Positions 1 through 8,869 of a stretch of 64,000 nt of DNA are shown here, piece by piece. The first letter of the stretch is position 1. Each line of letters begins with the position of its first letter. The notes below the pieces were generated by a model that saw nothing but the letters and a program-made list of their open reading frames with translations, made no database searches and was not told the origin of the DNA. Both the position numbers and the translations under genes were made by a program. The stretch lies in NCBI GenBank assembly GCA_963663275.1, contig OY760183.1, forward strand, positions 2,432,001 to 2,496,000, given 5' to 3'. The DNA is from Chloroflexota bacterium. GTDB lineage: Bacteria; Chloroflexota; UBA11872; VXOZ01.

Positions 1-15
1 TTTGCCGAATGGCGT

Positions 16-1605
16 ATGCAGTCTATTCGCGTCTCGATTCTCTCGATCCTCTTCGTTTTCCTTGTCGCCACCGTAGGGCTACCGGCCGGCTTCGTGCAGG
101 CGCGGGGGCCGCTCGCTGGTAAAGTCATCGTCATCGATCCCGGCCATGGCGGGGAAGATCCCGGCGCCGTGGTGAATGGCTTCAGGGAAAAAGACGTCAA
201 CCTGGCCGTTGCCCTCAAGCTCAAGGCACTCCTGGAAACAGCGAACGCGGCAGCCGTGTACACGCGCACAGACGACTCCACACTTGGGAACGGTCAGCAG
301 AGTCGCCGCGCCGACCTGGAAGCGCGCGTGGAAATTGCAAACCAATCTCAGGGAGACATCTTCATTTCCATTCACGCGGACTCCGTGATGGATGCGTCTC
401 GTTCCGGCGTGGTGGTCTACTACGGAACGACCAACGGCTACGTCTACCCCGAAACCCGCCCGCCGGAACTCGTCGCCCAGAGCCGGAATCTTGCCGCAAG
501 CATTAGAGACGGCCTCATGAAAGTAGCGAAAGCGGATAATCGCGGCGTGCGCACGGCGCCCTACTACCTATTGGGCAAGGTAGGCATGCCGGCCGTGATC
601 GCGGAAATAGGCACCTTGACCAATCACGCCGAAGCCTTCAAGCTGAGCGACCCCTTCTACCAGCAACGCGTGGCGGATTCCCTCTATAGCGGCATCCTGG
701 CGTATTTCATAAATCCCGACGCGCGATTCGTCGAGGACTTGACGATACCGGACGGCGCCGCGATTCCGGCGGGAAGAAGCTTCACGAAGACCTGGAAGAT
801 CATGAACACCGGGGGAATGACCTGGAACGGCGACTTTCGATTGGTGTTCAAAGGCAGAAACCGCTTTGACGGTCCGCAGAGCGTGCCCCTGCCGCCCCTG
901 CGACCCGGCGAAACCGGCGCGGTAAGCGTTGATCTGCGAGCGCCGCAGTCATGCGGCGAGTGCATCGGCGTCTGGACGATGCAGGGTCCAGGCGGAATGC
1001 CCCTGGGGGATGATCTCTGGGTAAGAATTACCGTGCGCGACCGGCTCCCCACCGACCCGGTCCCGCCGAGCAACAATCCCAACGCCCTCTACTTTGCGCA
1101 AACCGGACATAACGTGCAGGGCATATTTCGGACGTTCTTCGAGGCGAACGGCGGCTTAGAGATTTTCGGCTATCCCCGCACGGAAGAAATGCGGGAGGGC
1201 AACCTGACCGTGCAATACTTCCAACGCGCCCGCTTCGAGCATCACCCGCAGTTCACGAATACGATTTACGAGGTGCAACTGGCGCTGCTGGGCAACGAGA
1301 TTCGCAGAGGCGAGCCGCCTGCGCAGACCGTGCCGCCGCTGCCGACAACGGAGTTTCAGGAGTACTTTCCGCAAACCGGACACTCCGTGCACTACGCGTT
1401 TCTCAAGTACTTCCGCGAGAACGGCGGCATCTACATCTTTGGCTATCCCATCACACAAGAGGTGATTGAGAATGGCAAAGTCGTGCAGTACTTCCAACGC
1501 GCCCGTTTCGAGTATCACCCGCAACACGCCGGCACGCGCTACGAGGTGCAACTGGGTCTCCTGGGAGACTTCATCCTGCGCCAGAAGGCGCTGCTCTTCG
1601 ATTGA
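16..1605 (+). CDS. Secreted N-acetylmuramoyl-L-alanine amidase (Amidase_3) with NBR1-Ig-like domain and two C-terminal Chloroflexi-type repeats
   Basis: Signal peptide; VIDPGHGG, EKDVNL, ISIHAD and AEIG motifs; FVEDLTIPDG..FTKTWKIMNTG; repeated YFxQTGH..FGYP..E..QYFQRARFE. Confidence 0.85.
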   Translation: MQSIRVSILSILFVFLVATVGLPAGFVQARGPLAGKVIVIDPGHGGEDPGAVVNGFREKDVNLAVALKLKALLETANAAAVYTRTDDSTLGNGQQSRRADLEARVEIANQSQGDIFISIHADSVMDASRSGVVVYYGTTNGYVYPETRPPELVAQSRNLAASIRDGLMKVAKADNRGVRTAPYYLLGKVGMPAVIAEIGTLTNHAEAFKLSDPFYQQRVADSLYSGILAYFINPDARFVEDLTIPDGAAIPAGRSFTKTWKIMNTGGMTWNGDFRLVFKGRNRFDGPQSVPLPPLRPGETGAVSVDLRAPQSCGECIGVWTMQGPGGMPLGDDLWVRITVRDRLPTDPVPPSNNPNALYFAQTGHNVQGIFRTFFEANGGLEIFGYPRTEEMREGNLTVQYFQRARFEHHPQFTNTIYEVQLALLGNEIRRGEPPAQTVPPLPTTEFQEYFPQTGHSVHYAFLKYFRENGGIYIFGYPITQEVIENGKVVQYFQRARFEYHPQHAGTRYEVQLGLLGDFILRQKALLFD

Positions 1606-1879
1606 GGTTCTCTGACGTGTTCTCCTAAACCCTGAATGTTCGTGTGCGCCTTGCGCGCATGCGCATCCTTCCCTCCTCCTTTTTCCTGATGACAAGCCGC
1701 TCGTACGCCCGGGCGGCTTGTCATATTAAGCGCCGGCCGCTTCACGTGCGCCGCGCACGCCGGCCTGAGCGCCAGCGGACTTGGCGACCCGGCACGAATA
1801 ATCAATGCGGGCTTCCGGGCTTGCCCGCGCGCCAAACTGCTTGCGATTAACGGGCATTTCATCCAGAGAAACCGCTTTC

Positions 1880-1908
1880 TTGTGTTATCTTCCACACCTG
1901 TGTATAAT
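1880..1908 (+). promoter_or_regulatory. sigma70-type promoter of the lon-dnaK operon
   Basis: TTGTGT-17 nt-TATAAT, about 100 nt upstream of lon. Confidence 0.6.
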
Positions 1909-1933
1909 GAGACTATCTTTGGCGTGATAGTAT

Positions 1934-1956
1934 AGTTGATATGGAGACACTCAACT
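1934..1956. promoter_or_regulatory. HAIR-like HspR operator
   Basis: aGTTGATA-N7-ACTCAACt vs HAIR consensus CTTGAGT-N7-ACTCAAG; lies just downstream of the promoter of an operon encoding HspR. Confidence 0.65.
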
Positions 1957-2011
1957 TCTTTGCTGGAGATAGTAGCCTTCCTCCATAGAGAAATTACGAG
2001 GACACACTCGT

Positions 2012-4507
2012 ATGGCTGAGCAGCCCGACCAAAACCGAGACGCGGAAGAACTGCCGGACGATCACGAGCAACGATTGCGGCTGCCGGTGGTCGTCCTCAC
2101 GGATTCTGTCGTCTTTCCGTACATGACGGTGCCCCTGCGCCTGGAAGACGACGCCGCGTACAAGGCGGTAGCGGCCGCGCGGGAGCAGGACAACAAGGTC
2201 TTGCTGCTCACGCCGGACAAGGAGTTTAAGCTGCACGTGCCCAAGCGCGAACATGCCGGCGCCGTCGGCACCATTGCCGGCGTCGGCCAACTCATCCGCC
2301 TGCCCGACGGGAAACACCAGGCGCTGTTCCAAGGCCAAAAACGGGGCCGTCTCATCAAGATTTGGAAGAAGAAGCACCTGGTGGCCGAGGTAGAGGCTGT
2401 AGACGAAGTAGCCGAGACCAGCCTGGAAACCGAGGCGCTGGTGCGGAGCGTCATCAACCAGATAGAAACCTACGTCGAAAAAGAACCCCAGGTGCCCCGC
2501 GACGCCGTTGCCGTCGCCCGGGGCATGGACGACCCCGGGCGGCTCGCCGACCTCTTCGGCTATGCGCCGGAACTCACCCTGAAAGAGCGCCGCAGGCTGT
2601 TGAGCATACTCGATCCGGTAGAGCGGCTGCGGCGCGTCTACCGCATCATGGCGCGCCAATTGCAGATTTCCGAGGTCAAGGCGCGCATCCAGGGCGAAAT
2701 CCAGCAGGGCATGGAAAAGGCCCAGCGCGAATACTATCTGCGCGAGCAACTGAAGGCGATTCACCGGGAACTGGGCGAGGCCAACCCGCAACTGGCTGAG
2801 ATCGAGGAGATCAAGAAGGCAATCGAAGCCTCGGACATGCCGGACGAGGTGAAAGAGAAGGCGCGCCACGAGGCCGGGCGGCTGGGCAACATGCCGTCGG
2901 CATCACCGGAAGTCGGCATTGTGCGCACCTACCTGGAGTGGCTGCTCGCCTTGCCCTGGGCCGGCGACGCCCCGCAGGAAGTAGACATAAAAGTAGTCAA
3001 GTCCGTGCTGGATGCGGATCACTACGGACTGGACAAGGTAAAGGACCGCATCCTCGAATACCTGGCGGTGCGCAGCCTGGCCAAGCACGCGCGCACGCCC
3101 ATTCTCTGCTTGATTGGCCCGCCGGGTGTCGGCAAGACCTCTCTGGGCCGCTCGATCGCCCGCGCCCTGGACCGCAAGTTCGTCCGCATCAGCCTGGGCG
3201 GCGTGCGGGACGAGGGCGAAATTCGCGGCCATCGCCGCACGTACATCGGGGCGCTCCCAGGCAGGATCATCCAGGGCATGCGCCAGGGCGGCGTCATCAA
3301 TCCGGTCTTCGTGCTGGACGAAATCGACAAGCTGGGCTACGACTTTCGCGGTGATCCGTCCAGCGCCATGCTGGAGGTGCTCGACCCGGAACAGAACTTC
3401 AGCTTCTCCGATCACTATCTCGAAGCGCCGTACGACCTCTCGCAGGTACTCTTCATCGCCACCGGCAACCTGGTGGAGACTATTCCGCCGGCGCTGCTCG
3501 ACCGCATGGAAATAATCAACATCTCCGGCTATACGGAGGAAGAGAAACTCCATATTGCGCGGGGCTATCTGGTGCCCCGGCAGTTGCAGCAGCATGGACT
3601 GCGTCGCTCGCAGTGCACGATTACGGATAAGGGTCTGCGCAAGATAATTCGCGGCTACACGGCCGAAGCGGGCGTGCGCAACCTGGAACGCCAGATTGCC
3701 ACGATTAACCGCAAAGTCGCGCGCATGATCGCGGCCGGCGAGCAGAAGTCGGTGCGCGTCGGCCCGCGCCGCGCGCAGGACCTCCTGGGGCCGGAAAAAC
3801 TGAATACCAAACTCGATAAGCGTAAAGACGAAGTTGGCGTCGTAACCGGCCTGGCCTGGACCGCGGCCGGCGGCGAAGTCAGCACCGTGGAAGCCGCGCT
3901 CATGAAAGGCAAGGGCAACCTCATTCTGACCGGCCAGCTTGGCGAAGTGATGCAGGAGTCCGCCATGACCGCGCTCTCCTTCGCCCGGGCCAAAGCGCGC
4001 TCGCTGGACATTGCGGCGGACGTGGTTTCGGGTAACGATCTCCACGTCCACGTGCCGGCCGGCGCCGTGCCCAAGGAAGGGCCTTCCGCCGGCGTGGCCT
4101 TGGCAACGTCGATCATTTCCATCCTCACACAACGGCCGGTAAGCAAGGACGTGGCCATGACCGGGGAGGTCACCTTGCGCGGCCGCGTCCTGCCGGTGAG
4201 CGGGCTCAAGGAAAAGCTGCTGGCGGCCCACCGCGCCGGCGTGCGCTCGGTAGTGTTGCCCAGCAAGAACAGGCATAGCCTGGAAGACGTGCCGAAAGAG
4301 GCGCTGGAGGAGTTGCGCATCATCTGGGCCGATACGATGGACGACGTGCTCGACGCCGCCCTCCTGCGAGGCGCCAGCAATACAGGCAAGGCGAAACGCC
4401 CCAAGAGAAAGCGGCGAGTTCCCGCGAAAGAGCGTATTCCCACCCCAACACCGGACAATCTACCGGTGGGTACACCCATTGGGCCAACCATAGCTGAGGA
4501 GGCATAG
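2012..4507 (+). CDS. lon: ATP-dependent protease La (Lon)
   Basis: LON N domain, Walker A GPPGVGKTS, DEIDK, catalytic PKEGPSAG and KEK. Confidence 0.97.
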   Translation: MAEQPDQNRDAEELPDDHEQRLRLPVVVLTDSVVFPYMTVPLRLEDDAAYKAVAAAREQDNKVLLLTPDKEFKLHVPKREHAGAVGTIAGVGQLIRLPDGKHQALFQGQKRGRLIKIWKKKHLVAEVEAVDEVAETSLETEALVRSVINQIETYVEKEPQVPRDAVAVARGMDDPGRLADLFGYAPELTLKERRRLLSILDPVERLRRVYRIMARQLQISEVKARIQGEIQQGMEKAQREYYLREQLKAIHRELGEANPQLAEIEEIKKAIEASDMPDEVKEKARHEAGRLGNMPSASPEVGIVRTYLEWLLALPWAGDAPQEVDIKVVKSVLDADHYGLDKVKDRILEYLAVRSLAKHARTPILCLIGPPGVGKTSLGRSIARALDRKFVRISLGGVRDEGEIRGHRRTYIGALPGRIIQGMRQGGVINPVFVLDEIDKLGYDFRGDPSSAMLEVLDPEQNFSFSDHYLEAPYDLSQVLFIATGNLVETIPPALLDRMEIINISGYTEEEKLHIARGYLVPRQLQQHGLRRSQCTITDKGLRKIIRGYTAEAGVRNLERQIATINRKVARMIAAGEQKSVRVGPRRAQDLLGPEKLNTKLDKRKDEVGVVTGLAWTAAGGEVSTVEAALMKGKGNLILTGQLGEVMQESAMTALSFARAKARSLDIAADVVSGNDLHVHVPAGAVPKEGPSAGVALATSIISILTQRPVSKDVAMTGEVTLRGRVLPVSGLKEKLLAAHRAGVRSVVLPSKNRHSLEDVPKEALEELRIIWADTMDDVLDAALLRGASNTGKAKRPKRKRRVPAKERIPTPTPDNLPVGTPIGPTIAEEA

Positions 4508-4510
4508 CAC

Positions 4511-6478
4511 ATGGGCAAGATTATTGGCATAGACCTTGGCACCACCAACTCCGTGGTCGCGGTAATGGAAGGCGGCGACCCGGTGGTAATCCCCACCACG
4601 GAGGGCGGCGACCTCTGCCCGTCGGTGGTGGCGTTCACGAAGAGCGAGGAACGCCTGGTGGGCCAGTTGGCGCGGCGGCAGGCCGTGCTGAATCCCGAAA
4701 ACACGGTATCGTCCATCAAGCGCTTCATGGGTCATCGCTACGACGAAGTCCAGAACGAGGGCAATCGCGTCGCCTATTCGATTGCCAAGGGGCCCAAGGG
4801 CGAGGCGCGCGTCGCCGTGCCCGCGCTGGGCAAGGACTTCACGCCGGAGGAAGTCGCGGCGATGATTCTGCAGAAACTCAAGGGCGACGCCGAGAAGTAC
4901 CTGGGTGAGGAAGTGACCCAGGCGGTGATTACCGTGCCGGCGTACTTCAACGACAGCCAACGCCAGGCTACCAAGAACGCCGGCCAGATCGCCGGCCTGG
5001 AGGTGCTGCGCATCATCAACGAGCCTACCGCCGCGTCTCTGGCGTATGGTCTTGAAAAGAAAGCCACGGAGACTATCCTGGTCTGGGACCTGGGCGGCGG
5101 CACGTTCGACGTTTCCATTCTGGAAGTAGGAGACGGCGTGTTCGAGGTAAAGTCTACGGCGGGCGATACCCATCTGGGCGGCGACGACTACGACGACAAG
5201 ATCGTCAGCCACCTGGCCGAGCAGTTCCAGAGTGACGAGGGGATCAATCTGCGCCAGGACCGGCAGGCGTTGCAACGCTTGATCGAAGCCGCGGAGAAAG
5301 CCAAGATCGAGCTTTCCACCATGCTGCAAACGGAGATCAACCTACCCTACATCACCGCCGACCAGAACGGGCCGAAGCATCTCTCCCAAACCCTGACCCG
5401 CGCCCGGTTCGAAGATCTGACCGCGATATTGACCGACCGCACCCAGCGTCCCTTCCAACAGGCCCTGAACGACGCCGGGCTCAGCCCCAACGACATCGAC
5501 GAAGTGGTGCTCGTCGGCGGCGCCACCCGCATGCCGGTGATTCAAGAGTTGGTCACGAAACTCATCGGCAAAGACCCGCACCAGGGCGTCAACCCGGATG
5601 AAGTCGTGGCCGTCGGAGCGGCGATTCAGGCCGGTGTGCTGGGCGGCGAGGTGCAGGACGTGGTGCTGCTCGACGTCACCCCGCTCAGCCTGGGCGTCGA
5701 GACGCTGGGCGGCGTGTTCACGAAGATGATCGAACGCAATACCACCGTGCCGACGCGCAAGAGCGAAATCTTCTCAACCGCGCAAGACGGCCAGAGCGCG
5801 GTGGACATCATGGTCTTCCAGGGCGAACGCCCCATGGCGAAGGACAACATGCTCCTCGGCCAGTTCCGCCTGGAGGGCATTCCGCCGGCGCCGCGCGGCG
5901 TTCCCCAGGTCGACGTCACCTTCGACATCGACGCCAACGGCATCCTGAACGTGACCGCCAAAGACCTGGGCAGCGGCAAGGAGCAGAACGTCACGATCCA
6001 TGCCTCTACCACGCTCAGCAAGGAGCAGGTGGACCAGATGGTCAAGGAGGCCGAAGAGCACGCCGACGACGACCGGGCGCGGGCGGAGGAAGTGGAACTG
6101 CGCAATCGCGCGGACACGCTCCTGTATCAGACGGAACGCTCGCTGAAAGACCTGGGAGACGACGTGCCCGCGGAAGACCGCGCGGCGGTGGAAGCCGCGT
6201 TGGAGAAACTGCGCGAGGCGCTGAAGGGCGACGACACCGCCAGCATCGAGGCGGCGGAGGAAGAGGTGCAGCAGGCGTCGATGAAGATTGGCGAGGCCAT
6301 GTACGCCCGCGCCGGCGCGGCCCAGGGCGAGGACGGCGATCCGGTCGGCGCTGCCGCCAATCCCCAAGGCAGCGCCGCGGACGGCGGCGACGACACGGTC
6401 GTCGACGCCGAATTCCGCGCCACTGAAGAGTCCGACGCCCACAGCAAGGAAGAAGCGACGGACGGTGAGAAGCGCTAG
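4511..6478 (+). CDS. dnaK: Chaperone DnaK (Hsp70)
   Basis: [31 protein letters not shown]. Confidence 0.99.
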   Translation: MGKIIGIDLGTTNSVVAVMEGGDPVVIPTTEGGDLCPSVVAFTKSEERLVGQLARRQAVLNPENTVSSIKRFMGHRYDEVQNEGNRVAYSIAKGPKGEARVAVPALGKDFTPEEVAAMILQKLKGDAEKYLGEEVTQAVITVPAYFNDSQRQATKNAGQIAGLEVLRIINEPTAASLAYGLEKKATETILVWDLGGGTFDVSILEVGDGVFEVKSTAGDTHLGGDDYDDKIVSHLAEQFQSDEGINLRQDRQALQRLIEAAEKAKIELSTMLQTEINLPYITADQNGPKHLSQTLTRARFEDLTAILTDRTQRPFQQALNDAGLSPNDIDEVVLVGGATRMPVIQELVTKLIGKDPHQGVNPDEVVAVGAAIQAGVLGGEVQDVVLLDVTPLSLGVETLGGVFTKMIERNTTVPTRKSEIFSTAQDGQSAVDIMVFQGERPMAKDNMLLGQFRLEGIPPAPRGVPQVDVTFDIDANGILNVTAKDLGSGKEQNVTIHASTTLSKEQVDQMVKEAEEHADDDRARAEEVELRNRADTLLYQTERSLKDLGDDVPAEDRAAVEAALEKLREALKGDDTASIEAAEEEVQQASMKIGEAMYARAGAAQGEDGDPVGAAANPQGSAADGGDDTVVDAEFRATEESDAHSKEEATDGEKR

Positions 6479-6526
6479 GCGGGGGGCGGCGCGCAGGGCC
6501 GCCTCTCTACGAGAGGATTGTGACTA

Positions 6527-7174
6527 GTGGCACAAGCCAAGAAGACCGCCCAAGCGGGTGGCGCGGAGAGCGAGACCGATGCCGTTGCCTCGACTGAGGA
6601 GCGGGATGGTCAGGTTGCCCAGACTGCCGCGGACGGCGGCGATGAAGACCTCGATCCGTCCGCTCCAGAGGCGTCGCTCGAAGAGCAACTGGCGGCCGCC
6701 GCGCAGGAAGCCGAGATGTACCAAGACCGGTTCTTGCGTGCCCGCGCCGACCTGGAAAACTACCGCAAGCGCTCGGTCCAGTTCATCGCGGAGGGTGTCC
6801 GCGACGCGCAGAAGCAGACGTTCGAAGCGCTTCTGCCCGTCGTCGATAACCTGGAGAGAGCCATCGCCTATCAGGAAGAGCACCATGCGGGCGCGGTGGA
6901 TGGCCTGCTTACCGGCGTGCGCATGACGCTGGTGCAGTTTCACGACGTGTTGGAGCGGCATGAGGTGAAGCGCATCGCTGCGTTGGGAGAGCCGTTCGAT
7001 CCCCGCTACCACGAAGCGGTGGAGGTGCAGCCCGTTGCAGACGGCGGGGCAGCCGACACGGTGACAGGCGAGATTCAGCCCGGTTATCTCTTCGGTGACG
7101 CCGTGCTCCGTCCCGCGCGCGTGCGCGTGGCGCAGGAGCGCCCGTCGCCGGAAGAACCGGCGGACGCGCCCTGA
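6527..7174 (+). CDS. grpE: Nucleotide exchange factor GrpE
   Basis: RARADLENYRKR, LLPVVDNLERA, FDPRYHEA, LRPARVRV; GTG start. Confidence 0.95.
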   Translation: MAQAKKTAQAGGAESETDAVASTEERDGQVAQTAADGGDEDLDPSAPEASLEEQLAAAAQEAEMYQDRFLRARADLENYRKRSVQFIAEGVRDAQKQTFEALLPVVDNLERAIAYQEEHHAGAVDGLLTGVRMTLVQFHDVLERHEVKRIAALGEPFDPRYHEAVEVQPVADGGAADTVTGEIQPGYLFGDAVLRPARVRVAQERPSPEEPADAP

Positions 7175-7228
7175 CCGGCGGCGGTTTCCGCAGCGAGAGT
7201 CCGAAACGTGCGCCGTAGAGTGAGTTAG

Positions 7229-8236
7229 ATGCAGTTCAAGGACTACTACAAGGTACTGGGCGTCTCGCCTAAGTCTTCCTCAAAACAGATCAAGGAGACG
7301 TACCGGCGTCTGGCCCGCAAGTACCACCCGGACGTGAACCCGGGCGACGCCGGGGCCGAGGAACGCTTCAAGGAAATCAACGAAGCGTACGAGGCGCTGC
7401 GGGACGAGAAGAAGCGGGCGCGCTACGACCAGGCGCGCGCCGCCCACCGCTCCGGACGCTCCTGGCAGACGCAGGCGGGCACGGGCGGCGGCTTTCCCTT
7501 TGACCTGGGCGGTCTGGGCGGCCTGGATTTTGAAAACATTGGCCGCGGCAACGCCCGCTCCGGCGGCTTCTCCGATTTCTTCGAGTCGCTCTTTGGACGC
7601 ACGCAGCAACCGGGAGAGCAACAGGGACGGGACCTGGAACAGGAAGTAGAGGTCGCCTTGGCCGAAGCCTATACCGGCACGTTGCGTACGTTCAATTTAC
7701 AGGTGCCGGGAACGTGCCCCGCTTGCGGCGGCGCCGGGCACGACGGCGCAACCGTGTGCACGATGTGCCGGGGCAGCGGCAGCCGCTTGCGGCAACGGCG
7801 GCTGGAGGTGAAGATCCCGGCCGGCGTGCGCGCCGGCTCCCGCATCCGCGTCGCCGGTGAAGGACACCCCGGCAGAAACGGGCAACGCGGCGACCTCTAT
7901 CTCGTCGTCGCGATCGCGCCGGATCCGCGCTTCGAGTTGCGGTCCGATGACTTGCACGTGGACGTGCAGGTGGATCTCGTGGACGCGGTGCTGGGCGCAG
8001 AGGTCCAAGCGCCGCTCCCCGACGGCAAGAGCGTCGTCATGCGCATACCCGCCGAAACGCCCAACGGGCAAGTTTTCCGCCTGGCCGGCCAAGGAATGCC
8101 GCGCTTGAAGAGCCAGGCGCGGGGCAGCCTGTTCGCGCGGGTGCAGGTGCGCCTGCCCAAGGGGCTGACGGCCCGCGAAAGAGAACTCTTCGCCGAACTG
8201 GCGCAACTGCGCAAAGGCAGCCCGGTTACGGCCTAG
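7229..8236 (+). CDS. dnaJ: DnaJ-family co-chaperone (J domain, G/F region, two CxxCxGxG motifs, C-terminal domain)
   Basis: KDYY..LGV, HPD motif, CPACGGAG and CTMCRGSG. Confidence 0.9.
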   Translation: MQFKDYYKVLGVSPKSSSKQIKETYRRLARKYHPDVNPGDAGAEERFKEINEAYEALRDEKKRARYDQARAAHRSGRSWQTQAGTGGGFPFDLGGLGGLDFENIGRGNARSGGFSDFFESLFGRTQQPGEQQGRDLEQEVEVALAEAYTGTLRTFNLQVPGTCPACGGAGHDGATVCTMCRGSGSRLRQRRLEVKIPAGVRAGSRIRVAGEGHPGRNGQRGDLYLVVAIAPDPRFELRSDDLHVDVQVDLVDAVLGAEVQAPLPDGKSVVMRIPAETPNGQVFRLAGQGMPRLKSQARGSLFARVQVRLPKGLTARERELFAELAQLRKGSPVTA

Positions 8237-8286
8237 GCCGCCGATAGAGAGAACGCTGAGCCTCACCGGGGAAACAGAGGACAACC

Positions 8287-8658
8287 ATGAACATACGCTT
8301 CAAGAGCGAGGGTCCGTTCTTTGCCATCGGCGTTGTGGCCGCGGAACTGCGCGTTCATCCCCAGACGCTGCGGCACTATGAGCGCCTGGGATTGGTCAAG
8401 CCCCGCCGTTCCAAGGGCAACGTCCGGCTTTACTCACAGGCCGACTTGGAGCGAATGGAGCAGATTCAGCGCCTCGTCAACGATCTGGGCGTCAATCTCG
8501 CCGGCGTGGAAGTGATATTGAATCTCACCGAGCGCATGGAGCGGCTCCAGCAAGAGATGGATGAGAAGCTCGACGCGCAGCGCGAGCAGTACGAAGCGGA
8601 GATTGCGCGCCTCAAGGGACTGCTGCAACGAGTGACTCAAAACTACCAGGATATGTAG
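8287..8658 (+). CDS. hspR: MerR-family heat-shock repressor HspR
   Basis: HPQTLRHYERLGL, RLYSQAD, LGVNLAGVEVIL; follows dnaJ. Confidence 0.9.
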   Translation: MNIRFKSEGPFFAIGVVAAELRVHPQTLRHYERLGLVKPRRSKGNVRLYSQADLERMEQIQRLVNDLGVNLAGVEVILNLTERMERLQQEMDEKLDAQREQYEAEIARLKGLLQRVTQNYQDM

Positions 8659-8664
8659 GCACTG

Positions 8665-8836
8665 GGAATCCACACCGTAGCGCGGGGGCTTGTCCCCCGC
8701 TTGGGCCAAACCGCACCGCATCCGGCGCAGATGGCTTCCGGCTTCCGCCGGAATGACAGACGGAATCTACACCGTAGCGCGGGGGCTTGTCCCCCGCTCG
8801 GCACAAACCGCGCCACATCCGGCGCAGATGGCTTCC
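8665..8836 (+). repeat. Two tandem copies (97-bp period) of a composite REP unit
   Basis: ccGTAGcgcgggggcttgtcccccgc at 8675 and 8772, each followed by catccggcgcagatggcttcc; ttccggcttccgccggaatgac hairpin between them. Confidence 0.85.
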
Positions 8837-8869
8837 TGTTTGGGAATCTTGGTATAAGGACGATGGAAC

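Noticed and set aside
1850-2011. CIRCE/HrcA operator
   Set aside because: TTAGCACTC-N9-GAGTGCTAA is absent; the site matches HAIR better.
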